Assembly (NCBI GenBank): GCA_015680685.1
Contig: MNCI01000296.1
Coordinates: 166,364-230,363 of the forward strand
Length of the DNA stretch: 64,000 bases
Direction: 5' to 3'
DNA from: Gnetum montanum
Lineage: Eukaryota; Plantae; Gnetophyta
The notes beneath the pieces are model-generated. The model made no database searches, had not been told where the DNA came from, and was given only the letters and a program-made list of their open reading frames with translations. This document shows positions 1 through 11,343 of the stretch, piece after piece. Made by a program: the position numbers and the translations under genes. How positions within the stretch are numbered: position 1 is the stretch's first letter; every line of letters begins with the position of its first letter.

Positions 1-2659
1 GCACCCTTCTGTAAATGATGGGGACTATGCCGACCTTGTCTTCATCACTACATATTTGGCGACCTTCCTAAAATCAATGTTCGACTAAATCCACACATAA
101 TGTTTTATGTATGATCAATGTTTCCATGAACTTTAGAAAGAGATATTAATAAGTATATTCGGCATTTTATGGTTCCACTGAATAGAGGAATGGTATGGGA
201 ATGAATTTTATAACTCAATAAATGGAACTGTCAAGGTCACACTCTTTTTTTTCACATTTTCATTATTTTTAGAAGTTTTATAAAATGGTAAAACAAACTT
301 GTATTTTAAAAATTTTGAAAAATTTTATAAAGAAAAAAAACATTTCTTAATGTTAGGAGCCTTAATTTAATCACATTCATGCTCTACTAATTATGTATAA
401 TAGGAAATGCTCTTAGGTAAATAAAAGCAATACTTTTGAATTAGAATTATGTGTAGGAAATGTAGTGTATAATGTAGGAGATGAAGTAATAGGTGAATTA
501 ATTTCAATGGGATGAGACAAAGCAAAAGGTGTAATAATTCTAATGGACAAAGACTAATCTGAAGTCATCTTTCTTGTCAAACCAAGGAAACCATACATCT
601 CAAGAGTTGTAGGTGATGCTGAAGCCAAATACATAATAAGTAAGGTTGATTTAGCTAAAACTCAACCTTCCATATGTTAAAACTAAATTGAATTTTTAAT
701 TTACATTCACTAAAACTCTCAAGAATTCTTTTTACAAATTTTTTTGGTATATATCTCAAGTAACCCATTGGAATTGAACCTATGACCTAGTTTTTCCCAT
801 CTAAGACTCTTATAACCAATAGCAAAGAAGAAATGGTAAAAGGATTGTTGAAATTCATAATTTTCATATTTTATTTTATTTTATTTTATTTACGTATGGT
901 TTGTGACCTCAATTACATATATTTTGCTTTTTATATAAAATCAGTATAGCATAGCATTTGTTGCATTCCTATGAATTAGATTTGTGCATTTTGACTACTT
1001 TGCAACTATAATGTCCTACATGTGCATTAATTGTGGCCATGTGCTTGGCATGGGCAAGGTTGGCCTCAACAAACAGTTATATCAGAATTTAAAAAAAAAA
1101 CTTTAGATGTTGCACAATGTAATTCTAGTCCACATTCACTAGTAAATATAGTTTTTTGTTAACAAAATTATGACTCACTAGCAATGCCAAAACAAATGAA
1201 GTTGAATGCTATGTAAAGAACTTTATTTTTCAACAACCATAGATTAGAAAATGCAGTGTGCACTACAACAATCATCATGGTGCTTAGCTACAACTATAAA
1301 ATAAAGCAAATTGCCATGAATTACTATGCAAATATATATTACTATGAAACCATACCAAAAATAACTTAAACAAAGTAAAAAATTGAAAAAATCCAAAACC
1401 TTGCAATGAAAGAGAGCATTCACAGCAAGTAACAAGAGAGGTCCTTCATAACACCACTGGCAAGAAAACTAGATATGAAAACAAAGAAAACATTTACCTA
1501 AGCCTTGCTGTGAAAATTTTCAATGACTTTAGGTTGAATAAGTGAGGTGCGGATGAAGAGCACCCAATACTTGAAATGCTTTGGACAGTTTTGTATTATG
1601 TATATGCATATTGGTAATATTTACTAACGCATCATAATAAATTAAACATGATGTACTGAGAATGGACCTTCTCAAATAAATCATGGGAAATAAAACTTCT
1701 CACACACCAATCACAAAATAAAGGAGTGAGTAACCAATTATATTTTATGGTGTATGAATTAACAATAATCAAATAATAAACTTGAAGACAACTTTAGACA
1801 AAAACCTAACCTTATTGTTCAAAGGGGGTAAAAATCAAGCATATGCTTGCCCTCTAAATTTTGATCGGCGGAAAGAAAAGACAATAAGATCACATCTTAC
1901 ATTTCACATCTAGTTGATGTTTTCACAAGCGATTCAGTAATCATTTGAAATGTCATTGTTATTGGAGTTACATGACAAGAATAACTATCATGCTTGTACC
2001 TTCTTTCAGTTACGAATGCTTTCAATGTTACTAACTCAGACATTATCATGAACATAAACTAGTAAAATTAAATTCCTATCCTATCACAATTTTAAAAAAC
2101 AATTTCCAATGATTATTGTACAACCATTTCTACCATCACATTGAACGCCCTAAAAAATACTCTTTTTTATGGCATCAATTAGCTTGATAATGCAATGCGA
2201 ACTATACGAATGAGAACAAAACTTAAACAAGCTAAAAAACAAAACAGGCGACGCTCAATTCTGCAGTTGGGAACCAGTAAAAATGGAAACAAAACGTGTG
2301 TGGCATCAAGGGTAAGGAAAATACCAAATGAAGGAAAACAAAAACCAATAACGAAAACACTTACAAGAACCGCAAATAGTTTGAAATGCAGCATCGAAAC
2401 TGATTTCTTAATGACTAGAGAGTCCGGGCCACCATGCCAACGCCAAACCCGTGCAGCTGAACAGGAATGAAATAACGCCCAAAATTTCAGAAAGAAGCGG
2501 AAGTTCAGGGTTTAGTTTTATGGCTTTACATTTTGTTCATGTACATATTTTAACATACATGATGTGCATGCCATGGCGCCATGGCCATAGGAGTATGTGG
2601 TAAGAATCCATCATGCTATGCACATGCATGGTATCATATAAAAGCATAGACTATTCAGG

Positions 2660-3035
2660 GCCTAATGGACCGCCGCACAAAATTCATCAGCCATCAGCTC
2701 ATCAGACAATATCATTATTCGTGTCGAATGTTTTTTTGAAAATTTGTTTGAGACTGACAAAACCTGACCAAAGGCCTACACCCGAGAGATTTCACACTGC
2801 ACCTGATTTGCAATGATTAACGTGCTGCCATTTTGCAGAAAATGATTTACAAAAGTTTTCTGGTACTTCGAGTTTTTTTATGATGTGCTTGTGGAAAATG
2901 ATATACAAGAGTTTTCTTATAATTTGTTTTGTTAAAGGAGGTTTTCCGAAAGTTTTGTGCTACTGCTTGAAGTTGCAGTGCGGCTCTATCGTCACAATAG
3001 CGGCTCCACAATTATAACAGTCTAGTCCACAGCTT
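2660..3035 (-). repeat. Diverged orphan copy of the type A upstream/promoter region
   Basis: Colinear similarity to about 4320-4690 (e.g. ATTAACG(T/C)GCTGCCA, GGAAAATGA, TTTTCCG..AGTTTTG.GCTACT, GTCACAATAGCGG..CCACAA). Confidence 0.65.
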
Positions 3036-3036
3036 T

Positions 3037-3130
3037 ACTCAAGATTTGATAGCTCCGTCCAGACTGAACTGAACTGAACTCAAGATTTGATAGCTCCGTC
3101 CAGACTGAACTGAACTGAACTCAAGATTTA
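3037..3130. repeat. 41-bp perfect tandem duplication downstream of A1
   Basis: ACTCAAGATTTGATAGCTCCGTCCAGACTGAACTGAACTGA twice, plus a partial third start. Confidence 0.9.
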
Positions 3131-3373
3131 AGATGTACAGACAGAAACAGGGCTTCCAAGAGCTTTCTTTTCCAAAGCTACGTTACAGCATAAGCTGGAC
3201 AAGTCCATGAGATGAGTTGCGATCAAAAAGAATACTACGCAAATGAATGAGTGAAAACTGAAAACCCCAACAGTAATGACTTAGCTAATAAGCATAACTA
3301 TGCGTTGAAACATAACATTTCAAGACTGAAGCTAGACGTTTGAAAATTACAGTTCTCTAAAAACTACTGGATT

Positions 3374-3564
3374 TCAACGGATGGAGCAAGAATCCCTGGA
3401 GTCGTAGTGATCTGCATCTCTGTAAGCCGGCGCCACAGGTGCAGGATAGGACGACCAATCACAATGTTCATATTAAACCACAGTTTGAGGAGCAGAAGAC
3501 TTCTTTTCCATCCTTTTTATTATTGCCCTCATTTTTTTTTTCTTTTCTGGCCGTCTTTCTTCTC
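3374..3564 (-). other. Decayed ancestral C-terminal tail of A1 (Lys/Pro/Tyr-rich, former CaaX), now 3' UTR
   Basis: After TAG (3567-3565) the sequence reads, through frameshifts, EKKSSAPQTVV*YEHCDWSSYPAPVAPAYRDADHYDSRDSCSIR*. Homologous to the tail in ORF 18585-18863. Confidence 0.75.
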
Positions 3565-4019
3565 CTATTTCTTCTCGTCCTTGGCAGGGTCAACGCTCAC
3601 AAGCTCTGTCCCGCACAATTTCCTGAGCTTCAGCGTAATTTTCACCGGATCTGCCTGCCCGACCACTGTGATCTTGTTTCCGTTCACGTCAATGGATACA
3701 GATTCCACTCCTGCACTCCACAACAACACATTCACATTCGTCAGAGCCTCGTTCGTAGCAGGGGCATGCAATTTCACAAGCAACGAAACGGAATTTTTCA
3801 TAATATTTTGTCATTTACCCTGCATTCCTGCAGCCGTCTTCAGCGCTTTCCGCCTGATCTTGGAGTCCTCCAAGTAAGCAAGCTTGACCACCACTTTCTG
3901 CAAACGAATTTGATCAGAGTTCTGAGGAAAATTAAACTTGAACATATCGCGTGTATTCTAAATCGAACACCAGAAGGAAAACTCAAAAAATTAGGTCACG
4001 CTTAGGCGCTTACCTTCAT
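3565..4019 (-). CDS. Type A small HMA-domain gene (A1), HIPP39-like, 76 aa, no CxxC, no tail or CaaX; exons 4019-4014, 3897-3819, 3710-3565
   Basis: ATG AAG|GT micro-exon and canonical GT-AG introns (4013-3898, 3818-3711). Spliced product MKKVVVKLAYLEDSKIRRKALKTAAGMQGVESVSIDVNGNKITVVGQADPVKITLKLRKLCGTELVSVDPAKDEKK* has the HIPP39-type HMA pattern (KVVxK..KALK..GV.S...KITVVG..DPV..KLRK..ELVSV.P). Confidence 0.8.
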
Positions 4020-4700
4020 GTTTTGGAAACCAAAGCCGAATCTAGAGCGCGAAGGAAGATATGTCAGTAGAGGGAGAGGAATGGAGGAATGGAGAGCGAG
4101 AGTGATTCAGGTTCCTCTTCTCTTTTGAATATGCTTTGCTTTCTGAGTGAAAAATCGATTGCCGGGGCCGGAGGTTTAAATAAAAATATCTCTCTTGTCA
4201 TTGCTCAGAAACGCTGAAGTCAAATGTGCCAGATGGACCAGCTTCAACGAAATATCCGCTAGCTTGAACTGTTTGAATGAACAGAACAAGACAACGTAAA
4301 TGTCGTAAATGTTCAGTTCCAGCTGAACGGCCCACCAGCAAATCAGATACGAGGACTGATCATGTTCATGTGGAATTTTTTTGGAATGTTATTGCAGCAA
4401 ATCAGACTTAAGTTCATGTGGAGTTTTTCTTGGAAATTTGGTGAAAACTGACCAACCCAGACGATACGCGGTTACCGGCTGCTCAGGTGGACGGAGGTGA
4501 ATACTCTGCATAGAATTTGCGATTATTAACGCGCTGCCACAGTGCTGTTTTGAATGATATGCTTGAGGAAAATGACTTACAACAATTTTCTTAGAATTTC
4601 ATTTAACTTGGTTATTGAAGGAGATTTTCCGTGAGTTTTGGGGCTACTACTTGACGTTTTGTCACAATAGCGGGTCCCACAACTGTGGTATAAGTTGTCG
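4020..4700 (-). promoter_or_regulatory. A1 5' UTR and promoter
   Basis: CT-rich 5' UTR, TATA-like TATTTAAA at 4182-4175 (also at the same place in A2 and in the 52334 copy), W-box TTGACT at 4223-4218, repeated GTTCATGTGGA(A/G)TTTT motif, CpG retained. Confidence 0.6.
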
Positions 4701-6407
4701 TGCTACGGACGATGATTTGACGTGGATGAAGGGTCGAAACAAGTTTCACGAGTCAACCTAAGTCGTTAGGAGTGTTGTTTACTTTGAATGTTTTCACCGT
4801 CACCTTGGGTTGGTATGGTTTGAAGCTTGAACACGGTGGTACCTCTATTATTTATGATTATGGAAAATGCTGGCACTTCGGTCCCATTTCCACAAACCCC
4901 ATTTCACACGGCTGTACTAACTGAAACGTTCAGCATATATACACCAAAATCATCTCTATCCTTAATCTTTGATTTCATAACCAAGTCTAATTGCATGTTA
5001 TAGCATTTTCTTTTGACTAAAGTCTAAACCGAACTTTTTTAACAAAGATGTCTACCACAAAATGTCGTGTTTGCGTTTGCATCTTTTTACATAACATTTA
5101 ATTCTGCACACATTTGTGCATCACCTCACATTTATGATCTTCCATGAGCCTGAGTAAGCATTTAAAATGATATTGATTTAGGGTCTTGAACTTTTCAAGA
5201 TAATAAGTTAGAAACATCCTTTGGAGGTGACTTGTTTATTTAAACACCATCAGCATTTAAAATGATATTGATTTAGGGTCCTTTCAAGATAATAAATTGG
5301 AAATATCCTTTGCTAGTTTGTTTGACGCAAGGGGTATCTTCTATGCAAACCAAAATTTGAAAACTTCACATCCTTTTTTGAGGCAAGCACCGAATCATTC
5401 AACTTTTTAAAATATATGATATGCTTTCCAAGTGTTAGGTTGGATTATTTATCCATTGTAGGTAATGCTAAATAATATTGCTTAACAATCTAACCACCAC
5501 TCATGGGTTTTCGATAAAATACAAGGATACACCATTCAATGTAAATAAAAAGCTTTCTAGTGATTTCTTTAAATTCATTAGTTTATTTCAGTTACTTTCT
5601 AAAATTTTTCATCTCCCCAAAGCATGATTTTTCTCTATTTCATGCCTTCTACCATTGATTTATTGTTTCTTATGTGAAAATTGATATTGGAAATGGTATA
5701 ACAGAGAAGAGAAGAGATGGTGCTCTCAGAAGTTTACTAATCAATAAAGAAGTGTCTTGATGTCATAAAATTCTTTAATACAAATACTTTATTACTCATC
5801 CACACTTAAGATCAACTTTGCCAATTATAAATATATAACCAAGCTAGTTTATATACGTTTGTGGTTTGGATAAGAGAAATGAAATGACTTAACATATTTT
5901 GCTTTAAATGTTTGCTTTAAAAATAATTAAGATTAACAATCCTGGTATAATTTTTATGTTATTTCGAACTTTCTCTTAAGGACGGTTACACCTAAAAGAC
6001 ATCAATTTATATTATATTTTTTTAACAATTTATATTTCACACATATTTATTTATTGATTTTCTTAAAGTTTCATGTTTTTTAACCTTTGATTCATAGCTA
6101 ATTTACTTACTGGGAAGAACTTTTATTGAAAACCTTATTTTTAATTAAAAACCAATGATTTATTAAATGTGTGTTTGCATTTTTTTTTTGTTTTTTAACC
6201 TACTACTCAACATATTCCTCGATAGTTTAATCATTGAATTTTTCGATGTTGGTTAACATAACTCCATTGTTAGTGCATATATTATAATCTTTCTCTCTAA
6301 GGAACACACCCAGGCTTCACGCACCATTGATAAACTCAAGCAAGGAGAAAAACTATATATGTAATTAAAAATTTTGTAAGCTCTTAAAATGTTAAAATAT
6401 TACTTTC

Positions 6408-9400
6408 TATTGGTTGTAAACCTAATTCTACAAATACATTGTTTACTGTGTTGTATAAGTCTTTGTCAATTAGTAGAGTCCTTGTTTGTTGCTATTTAGG
6501 TGCCACGATAATACTGCTCACCTAGTTGTTAGATAACAGTTGTTAGTGGCATATCATTAGGAATTTAGTTATTGTGTCACCTATGAAATAGCCCACTTAG
6601 TCATTTGTTGTGTGTGTGTGTGTGTGTGTGTGTGTTGTTTTCTTCATCTAAAAAAAATAAAAATCAATTTATTTCTGCTTTGACATCAGTGGTATCACAG
6701 CCATCAAAAACTTAGTTCTAATTTCCATTCCCATTTTGAAAGGAAAAAACTATGATAGGTGGAATGTCCAAATGAAGGTGCTATTTTATTACCATGAGTT
6801 GCTAGGAGTCATGGAAAATGGAGTTGCAGATATTGTTGAGAATGCAACAAAAGTACAACAGGCCATCCACCATGAGGCCAAGAAAAAGGATAAGAAGGCA
6901 CTGTATTTTATTCATCAAGGAGTCACTAATGAGATTTTTGAGAAAATTAGAGGAGCAACTTTGTCAAAGGAAGCTTGGAATATTTTAGCCATGGCATTCT
7001 AGGGAGTGGACAAAGTTAAAGAGGTAAAACTCCAAACCTTACGATGTTAGTATGAGTTGTTACAGATGAAATTGTTTGAAACTATCACCAACTATATAAG
7101 TCAAGTTCTTGTTGTTACAAACCAGATGAAGACCTATGGAGAGGAGTCCAAAGATAAGATCAAAGTAGATTTTATGGACACTCATGCCCAAATTTGAAAA
7201 TATTGTGGTGGCAATAGAAGAAGCCCATAATTTGTCCAAGTTGACAAACGAGGAATTGTTTGGTAAGTTTCAAGCTCATGAGTAATAGATGAATGAGAAG
7301 AAGCAACTTGAGAAGCTAATTGAGAAAGCATTCCAAAGTCAACTCTCTACCAAAGGTGATCAAGCTAAAAATAATCAACAAAGTGGCAGTTCTTGAGGCA
7401 GAGGACGAGGACATGGTGGTCACAGTAATAATCATGGAGGTAGAGGCAACCAAAATTATGATCAAGAGAGTTCAGGTTCAAGCCACAAAGGTCAAGGTAG
7501 AGGTCAAGGCTGTGAACATGGTAGAGGAAGGTATGATAAAATCTACTATTGACTGTTATTCTTGTCACAAATTTGGCCATTATTCAAATGAGTGCAAATA
7601 TAAGGAGAATAATCAAAAGGCTCATTTTGTACAAGAAAAAGAAGATGATGAAGATCATGCTCCTTTGATGGTTACTGCAATTAGTGAAGCATCAAACTAC
7701 CACACATGGTTCCTTGACACTAGGTGTACCAATGACATGTGCGATAAGAAGGAGCTTTTTATTGATCTTGATGAGTCAATTGGCTCCAAAGTCAAATTTG
7801 TAGATGACAATACTATACCGGTAATGGGTAAAGGGAAAATACTCATTAAGTTAAAAAATGGAAATCACAAGTATATTTCAGATGTATTTTATGTGCTAGA
7901 CATGAAGAGTAATCTACTCAACATGGGCTAGCTGCTTGAAAAAAGGTATGAGATGCACTTACGTGACAATCAACTTTGTGTTCTTGATAAAAGTGGTACA
8001 CTCATTCTTAAAGCTCCTTTGACGAAAAATCATATGTTTCAAGTTAACATTACTAGTGAAGTTTATGCTTGTCTCAATGTTGTTATACAAGTCGAATCTT
8101 GGTTGTGGAATCTTCGCTTTGGTCATCTAAATTTCCATAGTTTAAAGTTGCTTACACAAGGAAATATGATGGAAGGCTTGCCTAGCATACATCATCCTAA
8201 CTAGTTATGTGAAGCTTGCATTCTTGGAAAACATACAAGAATGCCATTTGTAGCAGGAAGTAATTGATGTGAAACATAAGCACTTGAGCTCATCCATTTT
8301 GATGTGTGTGGCCCTGTGAATGTCCTATCAAATGGTAACAATATGTACTTCCTTACCTTTATCGATGATCTCACTAGGAAAACATGGGTTTATTTTATGA
8401 AAAATAAGTCTGAAGTTTTTGATTATTTTAAGAAGTTCAAAGCTCATGTTGAAAGGCAAAGTGGTTATTTTGTTAAAATTCTAAGAATTGATGGTGGGGG
8501 TGAATATAATTCTAATGAATTTACTGAGTATTGTAAAGAGCAAGGAATAGAGCATGAAGTCACAATTCCTTACACTCCACAACATGATGGAGTTGCTGAG
8601 TGAAAGAATCGAACCATCATGGACATGACAAGGAGCATGCTCAAGGCCAAAGGATTGCCCAATTCTTTTTGGGCAAAAGTTGTTTTATGTTTTGTTTACT
8701 TGCTAAATAGAGCTCCAACAAGAAGTGTCCAAAATATCACCCCTATAGAAGCTTGGAATGGTTTCAAGCCAAATGTGAAACACCTTAAGGTGTTTGGCTT
8801 TTTGCTTATGCCCATGTTCCAGTACAAACAAGAACGTAGCTATATGATCAAGGGGAGAAGACTATTTTCATTGGTTATAGTTGTGGTGGGTACAAGTTGT
8901 TTAACTCAATGACAAAGAAGGTGATGGTGAGTAGAGATGTGACCTTTGTAGAAGATGAGGCTTGGAATTCAAATGTACTTGTAAACAATGACTCTTAGAA
9001 AAATCCTATTACAATTCTTGTTGAAGTTAATGACATTGTAATTCCCACCACAAATGAAGAAACTTCACCAATATCTACTCAAGAAGATCCTACATCTCAA
9101 GCTTTCTTAGAAATTGGCAAGCCAAGATGACATCACCAACAAGAAGTTACTTTGCAACATTATGAGGTACTTTTTGATAATGTTGTTCATGATGATGGGA
9201 ACTTGGTGCACTTTTCTATGTTTGCAGATCGTGAACTTATGTCTTTTGAGGAAGTTATTCAAGATCCTAAATGGATGAATACCATGAATGAGGAGATAAT
9301 GGAAATTAAAAAGAATAACACATGGGAGCTTACTAATGTTCCACATGGTCACAAGGCTATTAATGTGAAGTGGGTGTTCAAGATAAAGATGAAGCCAAAT

Positions 9401-11047
9401 GATGAAGTGGAAAGGTATAAAGCAAGACTATTGGCAAAGGGTTTTGAGCAAAGACTTGGCCATGATTAACAAAAGGTATTTTCTCCTATAGCTTAAATTG
9501 AAACCATCAGAATTATAATTGCTTGGGTTGCATAGAATCATTGGAAAATCCATCAAAGGGATGTCAAGCTGGCCTTTTTAAATGGCCCACTTGAAGAAAA
9601 AGTTTTTGTCAAGCAACCATAAGGTTTTATAAAGAAAGGGGGTGAAGATAAAGTGTATAAATTGAAGAGAACACTACATGGGCTGAAATAAGAGCCAATA
9701 AAATGGAATAAGCACATTGATTCTTTTCTGCAAAAGAATGGTTTCCAAAAGTGTGCTTCTAAAGATGCCTTATATGTGAAGGTTAATGATTTTGGTTATA
9801 CATTATTGTTGTGTCTTTATGTTGATGATTTGATCTTTACAAGCAACAATTCCATAATGATTGAAGATTTTAGGAAGTCCATGTTATAGGAGTTTGAAAT
9901 GACAAATCTTGGCTTAATGTCATAATTTTTGGGAATAGAAGTAATTCAAAGCAAGGATGGGATATTTATCAACCAAAAGAGGTATGCTATTGAACTTCTA
10001 AAGAGGTTTTGTATGCATGATTGTAATCCTATATGAACTTATGTGGAGGTTGGAACTAAATTATCAAAAGAAGGAGATGAAGCATGTGTTGAATCCACCT
10101 ATTTCAAGCAAATCGTTGGGAGTTTGAGACATGTTACATCCACCAGGCTTGATATTTCCTATGGAGTTGGGTTAATTGGCAAGTTTTTGGGATCCCCTCA
10201 TTAATCTCATATGCAAGTCAACAAAAGAATCCCATGATATATTAAGGATACTTGTGACCATGGCCTATTTTATTCTTCATCTAACAATTGTGTTATTGTA
10301 GGCTACTCTAATAATGACTGGGGTGGAGATATAGATTATCGTAGAAGTACTTCTGAATACTGTTTTAATTTTGGTGGCACTACTTATTCATGGTCATTAA
10401 AGAAACAGTCCATTGCTGCACTATCAACCTCTGAAGTAGAGTATGTAGCTGCTACCTCAAGTGTGTGCCAAGCAATCTGGTTGCATAACTTAATGAATCA
10501 AATTTGTGTTTTGATCAAAGGATCCATTAAGATTTTTGTTGATAATATTTTTGCAATCAACTTGGCAAGGAACCTAGTCACACATGGAAGGAGCAAGCAC
10601 ATCGACACATGCTTTCGTTTTTTGAGAAATCAAGTTGACAAGAAGAAGATTGAGTTGGAGTATTGCAAGTCAGAAAATGAAGTGGGTGACATCCTCACCA
10701 AACCGTTGAAGTATGAAGCCATTACCAAGTTGAAGCGTTTTCTAGGAATGATAGAGTTATTGAATCAGGCTTAATGGGAGAATGTTTATTGTAAGCCTAA
10801 TTTTAGAGATAATTTGTTTACTGTATTGAATAAGTCTTTTTTGATTAGTAGATTCCTTGTTTGTTGTTGTTTAGGTGACATGATAGTACTACTCACCTGG
10901 TCATTAGATAATGGCTCTTAGTGGCATATCATTAGGAATTTAGTTGTTGTGTAACCTATTAAATAGCCCACTTAGTCATTTGTTATGTATATTGTTTTCT
11001 TCATCTAAAAAAAAAATAAAAGTCAGTTTATCCTTGCTTTGACATCA
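6408..11047 (+). mobile_element. Full-length degenerate Ty1/Copia LTR retrotransposon (Copia-1)
   Basis: LTRs 6408-6688 and 10783-11047; TSD CTTTC (6403-6407, 11048-11052); tRNA-iMet-type PBS TGGTATCACAGCCA at 6690; PPT before 10783. Domain order gag (CYSCHKFGHYSNEC), protease (WFLDT), integrase (FIDD..DGGGEY..PYTPQ), RT (KARL, YVDD), RNase H (SKHID). Many stops. Confidence 0.95.
6607..6636. repeat. (TG)n microsatellite inside the Copia-1 5' LTR
   Basis: About 13 TG units; the 3' LTR has TGTTATGTATATTG at the equivalent position. Confidence 0.9.
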
Positions 11048-11343
11048 CTTTCAAGTTTCAACTGACCTAGGAAAATAGAAAAATGAAATGTCATTTAAGA
11101 GTAAAATTGGCTTACAGCCTTTTCAACTCCCATGCATACATACATTTCAGAAATGTAAAGGTTGGGCTATCAAAGTGTTGATATCGAAGCCTTATTCTAA
11201 GTGAAAATGCTATAGTGACCTTGGTAAGAATTTGATAAAAAATGTATAGTAAACTAAGTTTGCCCTAGGATGAGAAGCTAAATTCATGCAACAAATCACT
11301 AAAGCAAAAATTCTGTTTTAAGAACAAGCCAGATAGAGATGAT

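Noticed and set aside
760-825. tRNA B-box-like GGTTCAATTCC on the minus strand
   Set aside because: No cloverleaf or convincing A-box; at most a decayed tRNA-derived repeat.
1137-1470. CACTA-like starts (CACTAGTAAA, CACTACAACA)
   Set aside because: No matching opposite terminus, TSD or CACTA coding remnant found.
3565-3567. Stop-codon read-through to restore the A1 CaaX tail
   Set aside because: The downstream tail has further frameshifts and an in-frame stop, so read-through would not rebuild it.
3407-4005. Plus-strand ORFs of 156 and 188 aa (and similar ones at 11400, 19441, 56827)
   Set aside because: Antisense shadows of the minus-strand HMA genes; no recognisable protein features.
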